Part shown: one piece after another, positions 15,052 through 22,749 of the stretch
How the letters are laid out: the number at the start of each line of letters is the position of its first letter
Position numbering within the stretch: position 1 is the first letter of the stretch
UHGV virus genome: UHGV-0233466
Direction: 5' to 3' (one strand)
Length of the DNA stretch: 22,749 bases
Source: a virus
Notes under the pieces: model-generated
What the model saw: the letters and a program-made list of their open reading frames with translations, nothing else
What the model was told of the DNA's origin: nothing
Databases searched by the model: none
Made by a program: the position numbers and the translations under genes

Positions 15052-17768
15052 TGCCTGTTGTTCCTACTACATCCGGACGCCAGGTGCAAAGTCGTGGTGT
15101 GCAAACCGGTGGTTTTCAGACCTTCGATGTTCCTCAAGCAGGTCAGGTGCTGGCGAATGTCGCAGATCAGTATGCGGTGGCATATGGTGAAGCCAGGCAG
15201 AAAGCGAATGTTGCATTGTCTCAGGATGCCATCCTTCAGCTTAATCAGCGCAGCAATGAACGTCTTTATAACCCTCAAACCGGTTTTTATGCACAACAAG
15301 GCAAAAATGCGATTGGTAAGGGGCAAGAGTACATATCTGGATTTGATCAGGATGTGGAAGAAATAGCTGCTTCATTGACTGATGAAGCAGCAAGAAATAT
15401 GTTTTTGCAACAAGCCAGAACACAGAAAATTCAGTTCAGTACTGGAGTTCTCAGACATGAGATAGGGCAGACAAATGCCTATGAAGATGAGCAATATCAG
15501 GCAACGAGAAAATTATGGATACAAAATGAAGCGGATGCCTGGAATGACCCGCAAACTGCCACTTTAGCCAGAAATTCCAGAATGGTAGCCATTGCCAGAT
15601 ATGGAGCTGCCAGGGGATGGTCACAAGAACGCATTCTGGAAGAAATAGAAAGTGATGATCGCAGTGCCACAGAAATGCGGGCGAAGAATTATGCCGCTGC
15701 TAATCCGGAAGGATGGCTAAATGGTCTGTTTCAGAAAAATGATTCTGTAGGCATGGACATGCGTGCCATACGCCTTGTTGAATCAGGTGATCGTCATTTT
15801 AATCCTGATGGTAGTATTCTTGAAGGACCGAAAACATCTTCTGGAGAGAGGGCCCAGGGGAAATACCAGTTAATGCCGGGCACAGGGAAAGAACTGGCGG
15901 CCAAGCGTGGCGTTGAATACAACCCTACGGACGAACAACAGCATGAAATGCTTGCCAGTGACTATGTAAATCAACTGTATGGTAAGTACGGCTCAGAAAT
16001 ATTGACCGGAGCAGCATATAACTGGGGGATGGGTAACGTGGATAAACTGATCGCCAAAGTCGGTGATCCACGTAAAGGTGAAATATCAGAAGAAGAATTT
16101 ATCCGAAATCTTCCATCAGAAACACAAGGGTGGCTTTCCCGATATAGAAAAAATAAAACTGGAATGGATCCGCTGACTATTTATCAAATAGATAACCTTG
16201 CTAATAGTCAGATAGAAAAGCAAAGGAAGTTAATATTAGAACAGCTTGAGCCAGCTATTAATAACACCATGGCCCAGCTATATAACGGTGAGGTTCCAGA
16301 TTATATACCGGCTCAGGAGACCATCATCAGGGGGTATGGAAAAAACGCAGATAAAATAATCAATCAACTGGATATAGCGATTGATAACGCGAGAATATTC
16401 CAGGCAATTCAGTATTTGCCTCCTTCTCAGCAGCAAGAAGAAATGCAGAAAGTGAAGCCTGAGGTTAACGATCCTCACTATGCGTTAAAACTCGATGCTT
16501 ACGGAAAATTGTCTGCATTGCTTCAGAGATCAAATGAAGCAATTCAGGCGCAACGGGATTCACGCAGATTCAATGAGGCGCTGACAATAGGTGAAAAATT
16601 AGACCCAAGCAACAAGTCAATGCAGAAAGCTGCTGATTACACAGAAATGGCGCAGAACTTTCGTATTAATGATGCCTCCACTCATGATGGGGTTGTTCGG
16701 CTTGTGGCTCAGACTGGCATAATGCCTTCGCAGGTCATCACGCAGCTTTCAGCAGTATCCCGATCCAGTAATCAGGAAGTGGTTAAAAATGCAGCGGAGC
16801 TGTTTAGTCGGTTATATGAAACAGACAATGCATCTATTGGAAATATGCCGAAGGATATGCAGGGTTTTTATCTGACTGTTAAGCAACTAACTGATTCTGG
16901 CATGTCTGCTGATGCGGCTATCGAGCAGGCGCAGAACCTGACATACAACCAGACCGATGCTCTTAAAGCTCAATTGGCATCAACGCAGAGTTCAAAAGAG
17001 TACAAAAATGATCGCAGCAAGGCGATGAATTCTGCTGTCAGCAATATGGCGCAGTGGTTCCGTTGGGATCCTTCTGCGGATGACCAGACGCCGGAAGCAG
17101 CTAGATTCCGTAATGACTATCAGACGCTGTATGACATTAACTACCGCGTTGCTGGTGGTAACGCTGACGTAGCGAAGCAAATGACCAACCAGCAGATAGC
17201 CCGCACCTGGAGTATCAGCGAGGTTAACGGAGATGCACAGTTTATGAAATATGCACCGGAGGCGCTTTATCAATATGGGCCGTCAGGCTGGCAGGCGGCG
17301 CAGTGGAAAGCTGAAAAAGAACGGCTGATGTACGGTGAGCGCAAAGAGATTATAACAACCAGTCCGACGTTGCTTGGGATCACGTCAGGTAATGCTCCTG
17401 TAGTTGAGACAAAAACCCCTGAGAGTCGTATTAATGGAGAATTATTCATAACCCCTGACGTGTTAACACCCCGTAATGGTGATTACGCCATTATGGTAAG
17501 AACTAAGGATGAAAATGGCATCGATCGGGTCCAGCCGTTTTATAACAAACATGGGCGTCCTATGCGTTGGGAACCATCACTAGCAGATTGGGAACCTTAT
17601 AAGAAAATGCAGCAGGAACGGGAGCAGTACGAGCAGGAAGAAATTATGCGTGGACAGGCTATACGAAACTTCAAAGACAAGCATCGCGCTCTGGATGAGC
17701 AGTATCAGCGCCTGCATAACGAACGTATGGACAAATTTAAAGATTACTTTTCGTGGGGATCTAAATAA
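15051..17768 (+). CDS. internal virion/ejection protein with a lytic transglycosylase (SLT-like) domain, 905 aa
   Basis: SLT-like catalytic region (VESGDRHFNPDGS ... GKYQLMPGTGKELA ... AYNWGMGNVDKL) at about 15720-16080; size and position. Confidence 0.7.
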   Translation: MPVVPTTSGRQVQSRGVQTGGFQTFDVPQAGQVLANVADQYAVAYGEARQKANVALSQDAILQLNQRSNERLYNPQTGFYAQQGKNAIGKGQEYISGFDQDVEEIAASLTDEAARNMFLQQARTQKIQFSTGVLRHEIGQTNAYEDEQYQATRKLWIQNEADAWNDPQTATLARNSRMVAIARYGAARGWSQERILEEIESDDRSATEMRAKNYAAANPEGWLNGLFQKNDSVGMDMRAIRLVESGDRHFNPDGSILEGPKTSSGERAQGKYQLMPGTGKELAAKRGVEYNPTDEQQHEMLASDYVNQLYGKYGSEILTGAAYNWGMGNVDKLIAKVGDPRKGEISEEEFIRNLPSETQGWLSRYRKNKTGMDPLTIYQIDNLANSQIEKQRKLILEQLEPAINNTMAQLYNGEVPDYIPAQETIIRGYGKNADKIINQLDIAIDNARIFQAIQYLPPSQQQEEMQKVKPEVNDPHYALKLDAYGKLSALLQRSNEAIQAQRDSRRFNEALTIGEKLDPSNKSMQKAADYTEMAQNFRINDASTHDGVVRLVAQTGIMPSQVITQLSAVSRSSNQEVVKNAAELFSRLYETDNASIGNMPKDMQGFYLTVKQLTDSGMSADAAIEQAQNLTYNQTDALKAQLASTQSSKEYKNDRSKAMNSAVSNMAQWFRWDPSADDQTPEAARFRNDYQTLYDINYRVAGGNADVAKQMTNQQIARTWSISEVNGDAQFMKYAPEALYQYGPSGWQAAQWKAEKERLMYGERKEIITTSPTLLGITSGNAPVVETKTPESRINGELFITPDVLTPRNGDYAIMVRTKDENGIDRVQPFYNKHGRPMRWEPSLADWEPYKKMQQEREQYEQEEIMRGQAIRNFKDKHRALDEQYQRLHNERMDKFKDYFSWGSK

Positions 17769-20700
17769 TGCCAGTTTATGCACAAGCTGAAGATCTTAAT
17801 AACGGACTGATCCCGTCAGGTAATGTTTTGCCGGAACAAACTGGGTTTGATGTTGCCCTTCCGGAAGGGGCTAATCCTGAGCCATTGCCACCTGAGCCTT
17901 CCGTATGGGGGGCTGCAATGCGACAGAACAATATTCTGGCTGGTTTTTTCCGCCCAGCCAGACAGTTTGAACCGGTCGAAGGTTATAACCCATATGCTGA
18001 TAAAAATGAGTTGCACGGTTATGAATACTGGGGGGCGAAATTTGCAGATTCCCGATCGCCAGAGGAAACGGCGTGGATTAAGCAGCAGATAGATGATGAA
18101 AATGAAGACAGACGTTTATTGTCTGATGCTGGCGTAGTTGGAACCCTTGCCAGTATTGCTGCGGGAATGGATCCGGTTACTGTTGCGTCAATGTTTATCC
18201 CCGGTGCTCAAGGAGGGGCACTGGCGCGTATTGGCTCACAGATTGCGATTGGTGCTGCCGGTACTGCATTAAGCGAGGTTGTACTGAATAATCAGCAAAT
18301 AACACGCTCATGGGGTGAAAGTGCCGCTCACGTTGCAGCGGGTGCGATGATGAGCGGCGTGTTTGCCAGTGCTGGTGTTGCGCTTTCGCCATCAGTCCGG
18401 GCTGCAGCCACACGTGAGGTTGCTGATGCTCTTGATAATATGAGCATTACATCAGCGACTGACAGGGCTGCCGCTTCGCTTTCCGATGGTGGTAGTGTTG
18501 GTGCTATGAAAATTGATACAGCGACTCTGGATGATTTAACCCCTGTTTCTGGTGGGGTGGTTGGAAAGGCTGCATGGAAAGCAGGGAGCTATCTTACTCC
18601 TTTGACAAGGTTAATGGAGTCTCCGTCAAAGACAGTGCGAAAAACAACGCTGGAGTTAGCCGAAAATAATTTCACCCTTAAAGGAAATGAAAGGGGGATT
18701 GAAACACCGATAGCTGTAGAAACCCGTACACGTGGATGGCAGCGTGAAGAAGCTGCAGTTGTTGTCGGAAATAAACAGGCATACGCAAAGTATAAAGCTG
18801 ATGGTGGTGACATGAGTTTTGATTCATTTCGTCAGCAGGTTGGGAATGCGATGCGAAGCGGTGATGTTCATGCTAATCCTGTTGTTCAGGAAACGGCGCA
18901 GGCGATGCGAACTGTATTAAATCGGGTGAAAGTTGAAATGCAAAAGCTTGGTTTATTGCCGCCAGATGAAGAACTGAAAGCATTAGGTCAGGCAAGCTAT
19001 TTCCCACGTATATATAAAGTTGGAAAAATAATCAGTGAACGCGATAAATTTCGACGTATTTTGGTTGACTGGTGGTCGAGAGGCAATAAAACACTGGATC
19101 CTGAGGATGCTGAAATTGCAGCGGATATCGTAATTAATAAAATTACTGGTGCTAAGGTTCCACAGGATTTTGTCAGCGTATTTTCTGTAAAAGCCGCAGG
19201 TAGTACGAAAGAAAGAACATTAAATGTGCCTGATAGTCTTATCAGGGATTATCTCGAAAGTGATGTGAATTACGTGCTGCAACGTCATATCCGTGAAGCG
19301 GCAGCAGAAATTGAGTTGACGAGAACATTTGGCAAACGAACTATGGCTGAGCGTCTGCAATTAATTGAAGACGAATATGACAGTCTGTTACGGGAAGTGC
19401 CTGAAAAAATAAAGGCGAAATATGACGAAAGTGTGGCAAATCTGAAAGCACGTTATGAGAGCAATGGTGAAGTTGTTCCTCAGGGTAAACTCGATTCATT
19501 AATGCGAAAGTACGAAAAGGAATTACGGAAAGAACAGTCCAGACTTTCAAAATCAAGAGCAAATGATCTCAGAGACATAACAGCATTACGCGATCGTCTT
19601 GTTGGTACATATGGTATGCCTGATGACCCGTCTTCGTTTTTTGTTCGTGCTGGCGCTTTTCTGCGGGATGTGAACTTCACGACCAAACTCGGTGGAATGA
19701 CAGTATCAGCTATTCCAGATCTGGCCAGAGGGGTTATGGTTAATGGTTTCCGTAACACCATGAAAGGCTATGCTTCTCAGATATCCCAATCACCGGCATT
19801 TAAGGCCAGCAAAGAAGAGATGTTGAAGATGGGGATTGGATTGGAAACTGTACTACATTCACGTTCTCGTGCAATTGGTGATCTTGTTGACAGTTCTTCC
19901 AGGACAACAGCAGTCGAAGCAGGAATGGAGCGAATTACTGATGCCTTCGGCAAGCTGACACTCATGGATCGATTTAATGACATAAACAAATCCATGAACG
20001 GAATGCTCACGTCAGACGGTATTTTGTCTGGTGCGTTTTCTGCACGTCGCATGGCAAAACTCGGTATCAACGACAATATGGCTGCGCGTATTCGCAGTGA
20101 GTTCGAGAAACATGGTGAGGTAATTGATGGATGGCACATTGGTAACTTTGATAAATGGGACGATCAGTACGTTGCCGGAGTATTCCAGTCAGCGGTTCTG
20201 AAAGACGTTAATAACACTATCATCACCCCCGGTATTGGTGACACACCTTTATGGGCGAGTACTCCAATGGGGCGAACGATATTTCAGTTTAAATCATTCA
20301 CAACGGCTTCATACAACCGTGCGCTACTTGGTGGGCTACAGGAAGGAACTGCGCAATTTTATTATGGCACTGCATTTCAGATTGCTCTTGGCTCACTGGT
20401 CTATGCGCTTAAAGAAGCATCGAAAGGGAAAAATGTTGACTGGTCACCAGAGAAGCTGGTGCTTGAGGGTATAGATAGATCCGGTATTCTTGGGCCATTG
20501 ATGGAATATAACAACATGGCTGAAAAGGCTACTGGTGGTGCTGTTGGGCTGGGGGCTTTATTTGGCACTGGCACACAGTCTAGGTATGCCAGTCGTGGAT
20601 TCGTAGGATCTCTATTCGGACCGTCATTTGGTCTTGCGGATAGCATCATTGATGTGACCGCAGGAGTGTTGAATGGTGATGCCGGTGATCGTATTGTGCA

Positions 20701-20782
20701 TAATGTCCGAACCCTGATACCAGGCAATAACCTGTTCTGGATTGCGCCACTAATAAACCAGGTGGATCCGGTGATGCGGTGA
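17768..20782 (+). CDS. internal virion/ejection protein (1004 aa)
   Basis: TAATG overlap with the upstream gene; Gly/Ala-rich hydrophobic segments and helical regions; last gene of the rightward virion block. Confidence 0.6.
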   Translation: MPVYAQAEDLNNGLIPSGNVLPEQTGFDVALPEGANPEPLPPEPSVWGAAMRQNNILAGFFRPARQFEPVEGYNPYADKNELHGYEYWGAKFADSRSPEETAWIKQQIDDENEDRRLLSDAGVVGTLASIAAGMDPVTVASMFIPGAQGGALARIGSQIAIGAAGTALSEVVLNNQQITRSWGESAAHVAAGAMMSGVFASAGVALSPSVRAAATREVADALDNMSITSATDRAAASLSDGGSVGAMKIDTATLDDLTPVSGGVVGKAAWKAGSYLTPLTRLMESPSKTVRKTTLELAENNFTLKGNERGIETPIAVETRTRGWQREEAAVVVGNKQAYAKYKADGGDMSFDSFRQQVGNAMRSGDVHANPVVQETAQAMRTVLNRVKVEMQKLGLLPPDEELKALGQASYFPRIYKVGKIISERDKFRRILVDWWSRGNKTLDPEDAEIAADIVINKITGAKVPQDFVSVFSVKAAGSTKERTLNVPDSLIRDYLESDVNYVLQRHIREAAAEIELTRTFGKRTMAERLQLIEDEYDSLLREVPEKIKAKYDESVANLKARYESNGEVVPQGKLDSLMRKYEKELRKEQSRLSKSRANDLRDITALRDRLVGTYGMPDDPSSFFVRAGAFLRDVNFTTKLGGMTVSAIPDLARGVMVNGFRNTMKGYASQISQSPAFKASKEEMLKMGIGLETVLHSRSRAIGDLVDSSSRTTAVEAGMERITDAFGKLTLMDRFNDINKSMNGMLTSDGILSGAFSARRMAKLGINDNMAARIRSEFEKHGEVIDGWHIGNFDKWDDQYVAGVFQSAVLKDVNNTIITPGIGDTPLWASTPMGRTIFQFKSFTTASYNRALLGGLQEGTAQFYYGTAFQIALGSLVYALKEASKGKNVDWSPEKLVLEGIDRSGILGPLMEYNNMAEKATGGAVGLGALFGTGTQSRYASRGFVGSLFGPSFGLADSIIDVTAGVLNGDAGDRIVHNVRTLIPGNNLFWIAPLINQVDPVMR

Positions 20783-20793
20783 GTTAAACGCCT

Positions 20794-21357
20794 TTAGCAT
20801 GATTCAGGGGAAACCCCAATATTAAATATGAGTGACTCCCCTGAATCAGCATAATAATGTAATATTATTGACTTACGTTGTTTTCTTGCTTCGTAGAATA
20901 AACGCTCTTGCGGCGATAATTTGTGAAAACTGCCGGATGCACAATATATGTTTTTTAACTTTTCGCTGGTTGCTTTTATTGTATCTTCTGAGATGTATTT
21001 TAGGTATTTATCCGTATAGATGTTGCTACTATAAGAAATTAATGTTTTGCTGTTGTTGTGATGTATTGTATTTTTATCGTTGAAGTCTGTATTTTTATTT
21101 ACTGTCATTAGGTTTTTAATGATTACATGTAATACAATAGTCTCCCCATCATCAATTCCATATTTGATGTCATAGTCAGTATATTTATTTGTTATACCGC
21201 TTCCTGATAGCGGCACTATGTACTCTGAGAAAAATGAGTTTGCCGCGTGACCATCAAGAGCAATAGCTGTTTTTTTGTGGTAAAAATAAAACAATATTGA
21301 GAGAGTCAAAATAATAGCGACGCCTAATGCAACCTTTAATATAGATATGGTTTTCAA
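20794..21357 (-). CDS. AT-rich membrane-anchored protein (about 187 aa from a TTG start with a strong SD; alternative ATG at 21384); positional analogue of a superinfection-exclusion gene
   Basis: AGGAG (complement of 21365-21369) 7 nt upstream of TTG at 21357; N-terminal hydrophobic helix ISILKVALGVAIILTLSILFYFY followed by an Asn/Tyr/Lys-rich soluble domain; GC far below the neighbouring virion genes. Confidence 0.5.
   Translation of the reverse strand: MKTISILKVALGVAIILTLSILFYFYHKKTAIALDGHAANSFFSEYIVPLSGSGITNKYTDYDIKYGIDDGETIVLHVIIKNLMTVNKNTDFNDKNTIHHNNSKTLISYSSNIYTDKYLKYISEDTIKATSEKLKNIYCASGSFHKLSPQERLFYEARKQRKSIILHYYADSGESLIFNIGVSPESC
20800..20848. repeat. 12-bp perfect inverted repeat TGATTCAGGGGA / TCCCCTGAATCA with 25-bp spacer, at the junction of the virion module and the AT-rich leftward module
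   Basis: Read directly; overlaps the 3' end of the leftward membrane-protein gene; contains an inner GGGG-AAA-CCCC hairpin. Confidence 0.8.
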
Positions 21358-21447
21358 AATATCGCTCCTTGTTGTAACATACATCAGTAATGTGGCGTTT
21401 TTCAATTGTATTAAAGACGTGTAATATGTACACGCCTTTTGTTCTTC

Positions 21448-21879
21448 CTATTCAGGTATTTCAATTCCAAAACCATCTGCATCCCATGAGTTTTCACAGA
21501 TGATGTAACCTAGTTCATTGAGCTTATTAAATGTTTTTTCAAAGATGATCTGGTAATCATTATCTGCAAGTGATTCCAGTTCAAGGTCATTAAGGTTTAT
21601 ATAAAAACTTGTATGTCCAAGTGTTATTTTCTTATTAATTTCATTAAAGGTTCTTTTGAAAATAATATTTGATATTTCATGCCGTGCATTGTTTGCAATA
21701 ATTTTTGCTTCATAAGCAGAAATTACGTCATCTTCATGAATATCTTTCAGAAAGCTGGTGTCAAGACGTTGTACTATTTCAGCGTTCATTGATCGCTTAT
21801 TGGCTTTTGCAGAAATTTCTATTTTTTCTTTTACTTCAACGGGAAGTCTGATCCTTAGTTGTGGATCTTCTCTGCTCAT
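21448..21879 (-). CDS. Mnt-type ribbon-helix-helix repressor fused to an uncharacterised C-terminal domain of about 95 aa (143 aa total)
   Basis: N-terminus MSREDPQLRIRLPVEVKEKIEISAKANKRSMNAEIVQRL closely parallels recalled P22 Mnt (MARDDPHFNFRMPMEVREKLKFRAEANGRSMNSELLQIV); ATG at 21879 with GGTGAAG upstream; the track ORF extends further to a TTG start. Confidence 0.65.
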   Translation of the reverse strand: MSREDPQLRIRLPVEVKEKIEISAKANKRSMNAEIVQRLDTSFLKDIHEDDVISAYEAKIIANNARHEISNIIFKRTFNEINKKITLGHTSFYINLNDLELESLADNDYQIIFEKTFNKLNELGYIICENSWDADGFGIEIPE

Positions 21880-21915
21880 GTTCTTCACCAAATATTGAGT
21901 TACTTGCAATGATTG

Positions 21916-21965
21916 AAGTATGCCTCACCGTGTGCTTGACATCAATGACGCACGGTGTGACAATT
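21916..21965. promoter_or_regulatory. divergent overlapping promoters and operator region of an immI-like switch
   Basis: Rightward TTGACA (21936-21941), 17 bp, GACAAT; leftward TTGATG (complement of 21942-21947), 17 bp, CATACT; the two -35 boxes are back to back in TTGACATCAA; flanking direct repeats ACCGTGTG / ACGGTGTG. Confidence 0.45.
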
Positions 21966-21999
21966 GTTTTGCCCCACGGTGGGGCTAAGGAGATATGAA

Positions 22000-22167
22000 A
22001 TGCAAAAAGCAAAAGAGATGTGTCAACGACGAGTTCGTTTTCCGGACGATGTGAAGTTAGCTATTGAAAGAAATGGCGAAAAAGAATGCCGAAAGTTCAA
22101 TACAGAGATTATCTATCAGCTGAGGAAAGTGTATGGACTCACTGGTGAGAAGAATAGCGTGGCATAA
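22000..22167 (+). CDS. Arc-like ribbon-helix-helix repressor (55 aa)
   Basis: ATG 22000 with AAGGAGA 6 nt upstream; RVRFPDDVKLAIERNGEKECRKFNTEIIYQL parallels recalled P22 Arc (NLRWPREVLDLVRKVAEENGRSVNSEIYQRV); the track start at 21964 is TTG. Confidence 0.65.
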   Translation: MQKAKEMCQRRVRFPDDVKLAIERNGEKECRKFNTEIIYQLRKVYGLTGEKNSVA

Positions 22168-22240
22168 AACAGCGAAGCCCAACGGTGGCCAGACCGTCAT
22201 GGCTTCAGTATCGTAAAACTACGTATAGGAATTAACGACA
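22165..22240 (-). ncRNA. predicted sar-like small antisense RNA covering the ant translation start
   Basis: Minus-strand promoter TTGATA (complement of 22269-22274), 17 bp, TATACT (complement of 22246-22251), giving a start near 22239; minus-strand terminator hairpin GAAGCC...GGCTTC (22174-22206) followed by GCUGUUUU; same arrangement as P22 sar. Confidence 0.4.
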
Positions 22241-22749
22241 TGACGAGTATAGCAACAGCGGTATCTACTATCAACGTGCCATTCCACGGCGTAGAACTTT
22301 ATGTTGTCAATCACAACGGCGAACCGTACACACCAATGAAGCCTATCGTTGAGGGAATGGGTATGGATTGGGCTTCACAGTTTACGAAAATGAAGCAGCG
22401 GTTTAAAACCTGCATTGTGAAAATCACAATGCAGCTTCCTGGGGATGAACAGCGCCGTGAGATTATTTGTTTGGCACTTCGCAAACTTGCTGGCTGGTTG
22501 CAAACCATCAGCCCTAACAAAGTCCGTCCTGAAATCCGCGACAAGGTAATCCAGTATCAGGAAGAGTGTGACGATGTGCTCTACGAGTACTGGACTAAAG
22601 GCCATGTGGTTAACCCACGCAAAGCTAAAAAGGCGTTGCCGGGTAAAATAACCACTGAACAGCAGGAAGCCATTAAACAACTCGTCATGAGTCGCGGTCA
22701 GTCTCTGCCAAAAGAAAAACAGGCTAAGGCGATGATCACCATGTGGTCG
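22240..22749 (+). CDS. antirepressor (Ant-like, AntA-type N-terminal domain), 5' part only; runs off the window end
   Basis: ATG 22240 with AGGA upstream; open frame of 170 codons to the window edge; motif PFHGVELYVVNHNGEPYTPMKPIVEGMGMDW recalled from phage antirepressors; position after arc. Confidence 0.65.
   Translation, partial: MTSIATAVSTINVPFHGVELYVVNHNGEPYTPMKPIVEGMGMDWASQFTKMKQRFKTCIVKITMQLPGDEQRREIICLALRKLAGWLQTISPNKVRPEIRDKVIQYQEECDDVLYEYWTKGHVVNPRKAKKALPGKITTEQQEAIKQLVMSRGQSLPKEKQAKAMITMWS

Noticed and set aside
1-22749. CRISPR arrays, IS elements, integrase or transposase genes
   Set aside because: No regularly spaced short repeats, no terminal inverted repeats bounding a transposase-sized ORF, and no recombinase-like ORF were seen in this window.

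Overview
This 22.7-kb window reads as a contiguous block of a tailed-phage or prophage genome (enterobacterial-like codon usage and Shine-Dalgarno sites), almost all on the + strand. All calls are from reading the sequence and recalled family signatures; no database search was run. Layout: (1) 117-2796, accessory genes (Ea22-like coiled-coil protein, DUF551 protein, small membrane protein, ASCH protein, Cys-rich protein); (2) 2785-5022, a promoter-like site and intrinsic terminator followed by the small and large terminase genes, the operon flanked by two copies of the perfect palindrome GTGACATGTCAC; (3) 5027-6151, a lower-GC leftward insert carrying a 140-aa orphan gene, two leftward intrinsic terminators and a tRNA-Arg(TCT), followed by about 430 bp with no convincing ORF; (4) 6152-20782, a translationally coupled virion module with T7-like order (gp6.7-like protein, portal, scaffold, capsid, terminator, gp11-like and gp12-like tail tube proteins, gp14-like protein, a 905-aa protein with a lytic transglycosylase motif, a 1004-aa ejection protein); (5) 20794-21879, a strongly AT-rich leftward pair: an N-terminally anchored membrane protein and an Mnt-type ribbon-helix-helix repressor with an extra C-terminal domain of about 95 aa; (6) 21880-22749, a P22 immI-like switch with back-to-back divergent promoters, an Arc-like repressor, a predicted sar-like antisense RNA and the 5' part of an antirepressor gene. 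The best candidates for something undescribed are the AT-rich Mnt-fusion plus membrane-protein pair and the orphan gene/tRNA/terminator insert between terminase and portal; the paired palindromes and the long noncoding stretch are unexplained. Functions of the hypothetical proteins are not established by anything here.
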